Assembly (NCBI GenBank): GCA_040830765.1
Contig: JBFOMH010000013.1
Location: 96,001 to 160,000, forward strand
DNA length: 64,000 bases
Source of the DNA: Puniceicoccaceae bacterium
Lineage (GTDB): Bacteria > Verrucomicrobiota > Verrucomicrobiia > Opitutales > Oceanipulchritudinaceae
Direction of reading: 5' to 3'
Shown: positions 56,360-64,000 of the stretch, in pieces
How positions within the stretch are numbered: position 1 is the first letter of the stretch
Layout: each line of letters opens with the position of its first letter
Notes under the pieces: model-generated
Database searches by the model: none
What the model saw: only the letters and a program-made list of their open reading frames with translations
What the model was told of the DNA's origin: nothing
Position numbers and translations under genes: made by a program

Positions 56360-57420
56360 TGGTCGCTCCCTGACAGGGGTGCACGGGCGGCACGGAAAAG
56401 GGCCGCAATATTGGCTGGTGGCGTATCCGGCAGAATGGCCTCATGGCTTGGGGAGACGATCAATCCAGTCGGGAAAATGCGGCGCAGACGCTGGACTTCG
56501 GTCTCGACTTCTTCAGGAGTGCCGTTGACCAGCAGGTCCTGGGCGTCTACTCCCCCACAAAAGGCAACGCGGTTCCCGAATTGCTCCTTCAGGGCGGAAG
56601 CTTCCATCCCGGCAGCTTTCGCTTGGATCGGGTGGATCACGTCCGCACCAATTTCCACAAGGTCTTCAATAATCGGGCAAATCGACCCACACGAATGGTG
56701 AATGACCTTCAGCCCGTAGGCCTTCGCCTGCTCGATCAGTTGCTTGGTAAAGGGAAGACTGTACCTGCGGATCAATTCCCGGGAAAGCATCAGTCCTTGT
56801 TGGGAGCCGTAATCATTTCCAATCAGGACGGCGTCCAGCTTTCCCTTTGTTGCCTCGAAGAAGATGCTGTTGGCCTCGAGATAGAATTGCGTGATCCGGC
56901 GGTTGATAGCCTCAAAGATCTCCGGCTCCTCAAGCAGTGTCATGAGGGCATTTTCCATACCGAATGCGGCACAGGCATCCTGAAAGTGGGCCGACCAGAT
57001 GACCCCGAGGCAAACTTTGTCTCCCGGTATGCCATCCACCGCGGCACGGCACTTGTCCGGATCAATATAGAGGGAGGGATCCGGCCAGTCGAAGCGCTCC
57101 ACTTCCTCGAGGTCTTCGCAGTCGGCAAAATAACCCGGCGAGTTGAGCGTGCGCTCCTCGTTTTTGGCAAGGGAATGGCCACCGGTGAAGTCAAAAGCCA
57201 TGTAGATGGCATCTGCAGTTGGGGAATGATACGGTAATTCAACCGGCCAGATGTCGTCATCCAACTGATGAATCAATTCCGGGATGGAGCGCACTCCGAA
57301 ATGCGTAAACAGTCCAGGATAGGCCTTGGGATCGGGGATCCCCATCCAGGTGCATGGGCGGTCGACTTCCTCATGGGCAATCGTCCTGAGAAAGCGTTCT
57401 TTACTATTGAGGGTATTCAC
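56356..57420 (-). CDS. Uroporphyrinogen decarboxylase/MtaA-like family protein
   Basis: SKERF..HEEVDRP, NDYGSQQGLM, HHSCG, HPIQ, FCGGVDAQ, PPANIAA. Confidence 0.85.
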   Translation of the reverse strand: MNTLNSKERFLRTIAHEEVDRPCTWMGIPDPKAYPGLFTHFGVRSIPELIHQLDDDIWPVELPYHSPTADAIYMAFDFTGGHSLAKNEERTLNSPGYFADCEDLEEVERFDWPDPSLYIDPDKCRAAVDGIPGDKVCLGVIWSAHFQDACAAFGMENALMTLLEEPEIFEAINRRITQFYLEANSIFFEATKGKLDAVLIGNDYGSQQGLMLSRELIRRYSLPFTKQLIEQAKAYGLKVIHHSCGSICPIIEDLVEIGADVIHPIQAKAAGMEASALKEQFGNRVAFCGGVDAQDLLVNGTPEEVETEVQRLRRIFPTGLIVSPSHEAILPDTPPANIAALFRAARAPLSGSDQ

Positions 57421-57498
57421 TTGAGAGCTGCCACCAATGATGGATCAGCCAGCAGTAAATTCAACTGGATAATGCTACTGGATCCAGCCGGCGCTGGA

Positions 57499-59013
57499 TT
57501 AAAACGCGAAGAATCCCTGATAGAATCCCAGCAGGATAATTCCCGCAGAGAGCAATCCCATGACCACCCGGGCACCAATGCCAGGTGTCGTCACGGCATG
57601 CGGCACCTCATCGGCAATGAAGGGATTCTGCATCACGGCCGCCCGCATCCATCCAAAATAATAGTAGATGGAGATGACGACGCCAGCGAGGGCGAATCCG
57701 AGGACCCAGTAGAGGCCGGCCTGGAAAGCAGCGACAAAGATCAGAAGCTTGGCCACAAAGCCCGCCAAGGGGGGAATGCCTGCAAGGGAGCCCAGGCTGA
57801 CGAGCAGGGTTCCGCCGAGATAAGGTTCCTTTTTGAGGAGGTCGTCGAAATGGTCCAGTTCCTGATCGGCATCGGTCGGGCTGGCTACATGAGCCATGAC
57901 TTCGAAGACCCCGAAGGACGCCAGGGCGTAGGTGACGAGGTAGAAAAGGACGGCCACAAAAGCCCAGTCAACTGTCAGGCAGGCCAGAAGGCCCATCAGC
58001 AGAATCCCGGCATGGGCGACACCGGACATCCCCATGATCCGCTTCACGTTGTGCTGCCCGAGGGCGGCAACATTCCCAAAGAGCAAGGTCAGGATCGTGA
58101 CCACGGTCAGCAGGGGAACCGTCAAGAACTCGAGGGCGGCAAAGGGGCCGGTCAGGAGGAGATAAAGCAGGTAGAATCCCGCCGCCTTGGAGGAAACGGC
58201 AAGGAACGAGGTAACCGGTGTGGGTGCACCCTGATAGACATCGGGAATCCAGATTTGGAAGGGAACAACCCCTATCTTGAAGCAGATTCCGACCAGCACC
58301 AGGACCGCACCAAAAATGACGAGCAGGTTCTGGCTGTTATTGGCAAACTCCCCTGATGCGGCGATGAATGCACCAAGCTCGTCGAAGTTGAGCGGGGCGG
58401 TTGAGGAGGCTGGCAGGGCCGGATTGCTGGCGGCACCATAGAGGAGCGCCGTCCCGAAGAGCAGCATACCGGAACTGAAAGCTCCCATAATCAGGTACTT
58501 GAGCCCGGCCTCCAGGGAAAGACGGCTGTCCCGCTTATAGGCCACCAGGATATAGAACCCGATGGTCAAGGTCTCGAGGGCGACAAAGAGCATCAGGAAG
58601 TGATGGCTCTGCACCAGTACCATGAAAGTCGCGGTCACCACCAGGACAAGATGGTGGAACTCCACATGGGCCAGCTTCTGTTTTTTCAGGAATACCGAGC
58701 CAATGTGGGTAATAAAAATCGAGGAAACGAGAAGGAAGAGCCGGAGCCAGTCCCCGTTTGCGCTTTGGGCCAGCAAGCCACCGAAAAGGACCTCCGCCCC
58801 CTCGCGGCTGCAGTTGGCCTGCATCGAGAGCCCCAATAGGATAACGGCGATGACCTGCACCCCGATGGAGATTCGGGATAGGTGCGGACGAAAACGAGGA
58901 AGCAGCAAGTCGACAAAAAGAATCAGGACTGCAAAACAGCCCAGGACAATCTCCGGGAGAAGGGAGCTCCACCGGTTGCTGGCAGCGACGAGTTGAAGGG
59001 TTTCAGTATCCAT
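57499..59013 (-). CDS. nuoN: NADH-quinone oxidoreductase subunit N
   Basis: EAGLKYLIMG, FKIGVVPFQIWIPDVYQGAPT, SLAGIPPLAGFVAK. Confidence 0.96.
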   Translation of the reverse strand: MDTETLQLVAASNRWSSLLPEIVLGCFAVLILFVDLLLPRFRPHLSRISIGVQVIAVILLGLSMQANCSREGAEVLFGGLLAQSANGDWLRLFLLVSSIFITHIGSVFLKKQKLAHVEFHHLVLVVTATFMVLVQSHHFLMLFVALETLTIGFYILVAYKRDSRLSLEAGLKYLIMGAFSSGMLLFGTALLYGAASNPALPASSTAPLNFDELGAFIAASGEFANNSQNLLVIFGAVLVLVGICFKIGVVPFQIWIPDVYQGAPTPVTSFLAVSSKAAGFYLLYLLLTGPFAALEFLTVPLLTVVTILTLLFGNVAALGQHNVKRIMGMSGVAHAGILLMGLLACLTVDWAFVAVLFYLVTYALASFGVFEVMAHVASPTDADQELDHFDDLLKKEPYLGGTLLVSLGSLAGIPPLAGFVAKLLIFVAAFQAGLYWVLGFALAGVVISIYYYFGWMRAAVMQNPFIADEVPHAVTTPGIGARVVMGLLSAGIILLGFYQGFFAF

Positions 59014-59014
59014 C

Positions 59015-60607
59015 TTATTTCGTCATGGAAATTTCTGTCGAAGGGAGGGTGACGGTCAGGGTCTGGGCCGGGAAGGTATGTTCCACTCCCTCATTTGCCG
59101 GGTCGGCAACCAACCGGGGCCAAATGCCAATAACAAAGAGGGCAATCAGTAGCAGGAGAGCCGGAACCTTTTCCGAGGTCTTGATATCCCCGCCTTGAAA
59201 TTCCCCCTTGGTTTCACCAAAGAAAACAGAGGCGACCGCCCGAAGTCCATACACCGCGGAAATGATGATCCCGCACAAGGCGACATAAAGCACCCATGGT
59301 GTGTCCGAATTGAAAAGGGAAACGAAAATGCCCAACTCTCCCCAGAAATTGGCAAAGCCTGGCAATCCGATACTGGCCAGCATGGCGGCCGTGAACAAAC
59401 CCATCAGGACGGGTGCCTTTTGCCCCATCCCTCCGAGGTCCTTCATGTCAGCCGTCCCGCCGCGCTTCTCCACGACATCCGCGAGGAGGAAAAGCAAGGC
59501 CACCGACAAACCGTGGGCGAAAAGCATCATGATAGCAGCCCCGATTCCCACTGTGGAAAAAGCATACAACCCAAGGAAAGCGTACCCCATGTGCATCACT
59601 GAGGCATTCCCAAGCATTACCTTGAGGTCGCGCTGGGCCATCGTGACAAAACCGATGAGGATCAAGTTGCCGAGAGCCAGCCACATCAAGAGCGGAGCCC
59701 AGTCAGCCGCACCCTGCGGCAGAAGCGGGTAGGCCAGCTGAATCAATCCATAGAGCCCGAACTTCTTGAGCACCCCGGCATGGAGCATGGCTGCGGGCGC
59801 CGGTGCAGTGGAATAGGCCCGCGGGGCCCAGGTGTGGAACGGGAACAGGGAAACCAGCACACCAAAACCAATGAGGAGCAGGCCGAATATTGTTCCCTGT
59901 ACAGGAGCCTCCACCAGCCCTATCCGCAGTGCCGCCATGTTAAAATGCTCCGCCCCGCTGAAAACATAGAGGGCGATCAACCCGGCGAGGGTGATCATCG
60001 CACCAAAGGTGAGATAAATGGTCACTTCCAGGGCTACGGCCTTTCGCCCCGAACGGCCCCAGAGGGCAATCAGGATGAAGGTCGGAATAAGGGCAAACTC
60101 ATGGAAGAAATAGAAGAAAAGCACATCGACCGATGAAAAGACGCCCATCAGCCCGCCCTGCATGACAAGCAGCAGAATCAGGTAAAGACGCAAGCGCTCA
60201 ACCCCGCTCTGGATGGCATAGAGGCCTGCCGCCATGCCGACGATGCCGGCCAGGACATAGAATGGAAGCGCAATGCCGTTCAAGCCAAGGTGCAGCCGGA
60301 TACCAAAGCGTTCCAAACCGAGGTCACGGACGACCTGGAAGGCATATGCCCCATCGTGGTTGCCAGCAGCGTAGATAGCCGCCAGCCAGATACTGATCAG
60401 TCCCGGAATGATAAATCCGGCCAGGCCGCAGAATTTGACCGCAGGGTCCGGCAATTTGCCGGAGACCGTCAGCGCGATGGCCATCGTCAACGGAATGGCA
60501 ATGGCAAAGATGACAAGGTAGGCGTTTAAAACCGGTGAAGCTGCTCCCGCACTCTGCAGGAACTCTCCGATGCCTCCCAGAAAAGCAATGGGCATTTGCG
60601 TCGTCAT
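59015..60607 (-). CDS. nuoM: NADH-quinone oxidoreductase subunit M
   Basis: FFYFFHE, FPFHTWAP, LKKFGLYG, HMG, GLPGFANFWGE; ATG 60607 overlaps nuoL stop. Confidence 0.95.
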   Translation of the reverse strand: MTTQMPIAFLGGIGEFLQSAGAASPVLNAYLVIFAIAIPLTMAIALTVSGKLPDPAVKFCGLAGFIIPGLISIWLAAIYAAGNHDGAYAFQVVRDLGLERFGIRLHLGLNGIALPFYVLAGIVGMAAGLYAIQSGVERLRLYLILLLVMQGGLMGVFSSVDVLFFYFFHEFALIPTFILIALWGRSGRKAVALEVTIYLTFGAMITLAGLIALYVFSGAEHFNMAALRIGLVEAPVQGTIFGLLLIGFGVLVSLFPFHTWAPRAYSTAPAPAAMLHAGVLKKFGLYGLIQLAYPLLPQGAADWAPLLMWLALGNLILIGFVTMAQRDLKVMLGNASVMHMGYAFLGLYAFSTVGIGAAIMMLFAHGLSVALLFLLADVVEKRGGTADMKDLGGMGQKAPVLMGLFTAAMLASIGLPGFANFWGELGIFVSLFNSDTPWVLYVALCGIIISAVYGLRAVASVFFGETKGEFQGGDIKTSEKVPALLLLIALFVIGIWPRLVADPANEGVEHTFPAQTLTVTLPSTEISMTK

Positions 60608-62511
60608 TTCAAAATCCCCTCCAAAAATCCGCCGGCATAAGCACCGAACAGGACAAGGCCGACAAAGAACCACCAGACATAGGTGGAAACACTACCCGTG
60701 TGCAGGCGTCGGGCCACGATCCCGAGGAGGCCTGCAGCTCCGGCTGTCCCTCTGACCAGCACCCCGGAGATGACCAGGGTATCGAGGAAGCCGATGATGT
60801 CAGCCAGACGGTCCTGAACCTTCCTGATATAAAGCAGGTAAATCTCGTCGAAATAGAACCGTGATTTGGAAATCGCATAGACCGGCGGGAGGGTTGTCTC
60901 CAGTTTGTCGGTCTTGGCACCGGCCCCATAAATGACCCGGGCAAGGACAAGGCCAACAATCGAGGCCACTGCGGAAATAATGATCATCAACTGGTGGTCA
61001 GCGCCATGGGGATGGGGGACCCAATCATGGATGAGCACCTGCAGGGACGGAGGATACAGGATCAGGTAGCCACCACCGATGGAGAAGACCGCCAGTACCG
61101 CCAAGGGCAGGACAATCGTCCAGGGCGATTCGTGTGCCTTCTCGGCTGCCTTGCTCTTTGGCTTTCCAAGGAACGCGATGAAAAAGAGCCGGCCCATGTA
61201 GAGGGCAGTCAGCAGCGCGGTTCCCGTCAGCAGGTAGAAAGCCGGTGCACTGGTGGACTTGGCCACATAGAGGATGGCATCCTTGCTGAAGAAACCGGCC
61301 GCAATGAACGGCACCCCGGCAATGGCAATGACGCCCGCGGCAAAGGTGAGGGTAGTCAATGGCATCGTCTTGTAGAGTCCGCCCATCTTGAAGATGTCCT
61401 GCTCATGGTGGCAGGCATGGATGACTGAACCGGACCCGAGAAAGAGCAGCGCCTTGAAGAAGGCATGCGTTGTCAGGTGGAACATTGAGGCGCCGATACC
61501 GTAGTAGAGGGCAGTCTGGGCATCCCCCGCATGATGGAGGCCGTAGAGGGTCCCAAGGCCAAATCCGGCCACCATGTACCCCAGTTGCGACAAAGTCGAA
61601 TAGGCGAGGATCTTCTTGATGTCCCTCTGGGCAAAGGCCCATAGCGCCGCACTAACCGCTGTCACAACCCCGACCCAGGCGACGATGTGGAGGGCTTCCT
61701 CAGTAAAGAGGAAAAAGCTTCGCCCGAGAAAGTAGACACCGGCCGCGACCATGGTGGCGGCGTGGATAAGGGCGGAAATCGGAGTCGGGCCAGCCATGGC
61801 ATCCGGCAACCAGACATGAAGCGGCATCTGCGCGGACTTGCCGAGGACCCCGCAAAAGAGGAGCAGCCCCATCAGCGTAGTCACCGCTTCCGGTCGGATT
61901 CCGGCAGCTTGTTCCAGCTCAGTCAGGGAAACGGTCCCGAACGTCCAGTAGGTGATGATAATGCCGATAAGGAATCCAAAGTCCCCCACCCGGTTGACAA
62001 TAAAGGCTTTCTTGGCCGCCTGGGCTGCCTCATCCGTATGCAGGTAATGGCCGATCAGCATGTAGGAACTGAAGCCAACCAGTTCCCAGAAGATGAACAT
62101 CATGAAAAGATTGTCCGCGAGGACAATTCCCAGCATGGAGAACATGAAGATCGAGAGGCCTCCGAAGAAACGTCCCCGTGCCCCGTCATCGTTCATGTAG
62201 CCAACACTGAAGAGGTGAATCCAGAAGCCGACAAAGGCCACGATAAACAACATCAGCGCGCTGAGATCGTTGAGCAGGAAGCCGACGGACAACTTGAAAC
62301 TGCCCAGCGTAAGCCATTCCGTGCTCACCTCATAGGAAGCCCCATCCCAGAGGCCGAAGAAGAGCCAGCCACTGCAGAGGAGGATGACTCCAGCAGCACC
62401 GAGCGAGAGTGTCATTGCCAGGGCGGCCCGCTGGCGGGCAAACATCCAGATCAATCCGGCAGACACCAGCGGCGCCAGGAGGATTATGCTTAATACGGTT
62501 CCCAGTTCCAT
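60604..62511 (-). CDS. nuoL: NADH-quinone oxidoreductase subunit L
   Basis: GKSAQMPLHVWLPDAMAGPTPISALIHAATMV, AYSTLSQLGYM, HAFFKALLFL. Confidence 0.97.
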   Translation of the reverse strand: MELGTVLSIILLAPLVSAGLIWMFARQRAALAMTLSLGAAGVILLCSGWLFFGLWDGASYEVSTEWLTLGSFKLSVGFLLNDLSALMLFIVAFVGFWIHLFSVGYMNDDGARGRFFGGLSIFMFSMLGIVLADNLFMMFIFWELVGFSSYMLIGHYLHTDEAAQAAKKAFIVNRVGDFGFLIGIIITYWTFGTVSLTELEQAAGIRPEAVTTLMGLLLFCGVLGKSAQMPLHVWLPDAMAGPTPISALIHAATMVAAGVYFLGRSFFLFTEEALHIVAWVGVVTAVSAALWAFAQRDIKKILAYSTLSQLGYMVAGFGLGTLYGLHHAGDAQTALYYGIGASMFHLTTHAFFKALLFLGSGSVIHACHHEQDIFKMGGLYKTMPLTTLTFAAGVIAIAGVPFIAAGFFSKDAILYVAKSTSAPAFYLLTGTALLTALYMGRLFFIAFLGKPKSKAAEKAHESPWTIVLPLAVLAVFSIGGGYLILYPPSLQVLIHDWVPHPHGADHQLMIIISAVASIVGLVLARVIYGAGAKTDKLETTLPPVYAISKSRFYFDEIYLLYIRKVQDRLADIIGFLDTLVISGVLVRGTAGAAGLLGIVARRLHTGSVSTYVWWFFVGLVLFGAYAGGFLEGILK

Positions 62512-62831
62512 CAGTGCTTCAACTCCGTGATTTCATCCAGCTCCACCGTTTGATGGCGGCGCCAGAGGGCAACGATGATTGCCAGGCCAACCGCCACCTC
62601 ACAGGCGGCTATGGCGATTATGAAAAGGACGAACAGGTTGCCTTCCATCAGTGGAGCGCCCGGCGTCGTGTTGTAGCGCGAAAAGGCGATCAAGGCCAGG
62701 ATGGCCGCACTCAGCATCAATTCGAGGCACATGAAAACAACAAGGGTGTTCTTGCGCAGCAGGACCCCGAAAAAGCCGATCGCAAAAAGGAGGACGGAAA
62801 CAAAGAGGTAATGCTCAAGGCCAATGGTCAT
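62511..62831 (-). CDS. nuoK: NADH-quinone oxidoreductase subunit K
   Basis: [18 protein letters not shown]. Confidence 0.96.
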   Translation of the reverse strand: MTIGLEHYLFVSVLLFAIGFFGVLLRKNTLVVFMCLELMLSAAILALIAFSRYNTTPGAPLMEGNLFVLFIIAIAACEVAVGLAIIVALWRRHQTVELDEITELKH

Positions 62832-63343
62832 TGTTCACCTCCAGTCTCATCGGATTCAAACTTCCGGCTCAGGACGATGACCCCCACCATGGCAATGAGG
62901 AGCATGAAGCCCGTCATCTGGAATGGCAGAAGGTAGGTCGTGAACAGGGAGACCCCGAAGGTCCGGGAAAGGTTGCCGGGGGCCTCGGCGGTGATTTCCG
63001 CAAACGGACCGGCTCCCCCACCGAAGATGAGGTAGTACCCGGCGAAGACCATCAGGGCGAAGGCCGCCAGGCTGGCCAGGAAGCGGAGGAGGCGCGGGTG
63101 CGGGCTGCTTCCGGCATCAATCAGCATGATGATGAAAAGGAAGAGGACGACAATCGCTCCGGCATAGACCAGGATCTGGAGAATCGCCAGGAAGTAGGTC
63201 TCGAGGAGCACAAATAGCGCGGCCAGACCCACGAATGAGACCATCATGTTCATCGCGGCGTTCACAGGCTTGCGGCTGGTTGCCACGAAAAAGGCCGGAA
63301 CAATGGTCAGGGCGGCAAAGAAGTGAAAGAGGATTTCTCTCAT
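62828..63343 (-). CDS. nuoJ: NADH-quinone oxidoreductase subunit J
   Basis: [30 protein letters not shown]. Confidence 0.95.
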   Translation of the reverse strand: MREILFHFFAALTIVPAFFVATSRKPVNAAMNMMVSFVGLAALFVLLETYFLAILQILVYAGAIVVLFLFIIMLIDAGSSPHPRLLRFLASLAAFALMVFAGYYLIFGGGAGPFAEITAEAPGNLSRTFGVSLFTTYLLPFQMTGFMLLIAMVGVIVLSRKFESDETGGEQ

Positions 63344-63412
63344 GATCGCTGGACGGTCATTAGAACACCGCAGTTGTTGTTTGGAAGGTAAAAGTCATGG
63401 CTGGAAAGTCGA

Positions 63413-63955
<543 letters not shown>

Positions 63956-63962
63956 GATGCGT

Positions 63963-64000
63963 TCAGAATTGTTCAATGAGGGCGATGACGACCGCGTAAA
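63963..64000 (-). CDS. nuoH: Probable 3' end of nuoH (partial)
   Basis: ...YAVVIALIEQF* hydrophobic end directly upstream of nuoI; assigned by canonical gene order only. Confidence 0.55.
   Translation of the reverse strand, partial: YAVVIALIEQF

Overview
64 kb of GC-rich bacterial chromosome, most likely Verrucomicrobiota (Opitutales/Puniceicoccaceae-like; inferred from the secreted-protein tails and the tandem TonB-C protein, not from a marker gene). I found no rRNA, tRNA, CRISPR array, transposase or phage genes. The left two-thirds is a mosaic of secreted or periplasmic proteins (GDSL esterase not in the ORF track, prolyl oligopeptidase, a 1105-aa FG-GAP/CARDB protein, PQQ/GSDH dehydrogenase, HAF-, RCC1- and Sel1-repeat proteins, M6 metalloprotease, lactonases), a hybrid two-component system, small HTH+membrane modules and an ECF sigma/anti-sigma pair. 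The right third has a maltodextrin locus (AraC, MFS, malQ, TonB-dependent receptor, GH13), panB-panC-coaX-panD, rhaM plus a URO-D-family gene, and the nuo(H)IJKLMN end of complex I. Best leads: (1) a Trp/Tyr-rich module shared by five unrelated secreted proteins, a candidate sorting or surface-anchoring tag; (2) NarL-type 7-2-7 boxes positioned to let the two-component system activate the divergent 1105-aa protein, which carries beta-hairpin segments like those of pore formers; (3) a pan-motif-like hairpin inside a 40-aa uORF coupled to panB; (4) a shared operator-like motif before two maltodextrin genes; (5) many apparently leaderless genes; (6) a frameshifted old-yellow-enzyme gene.
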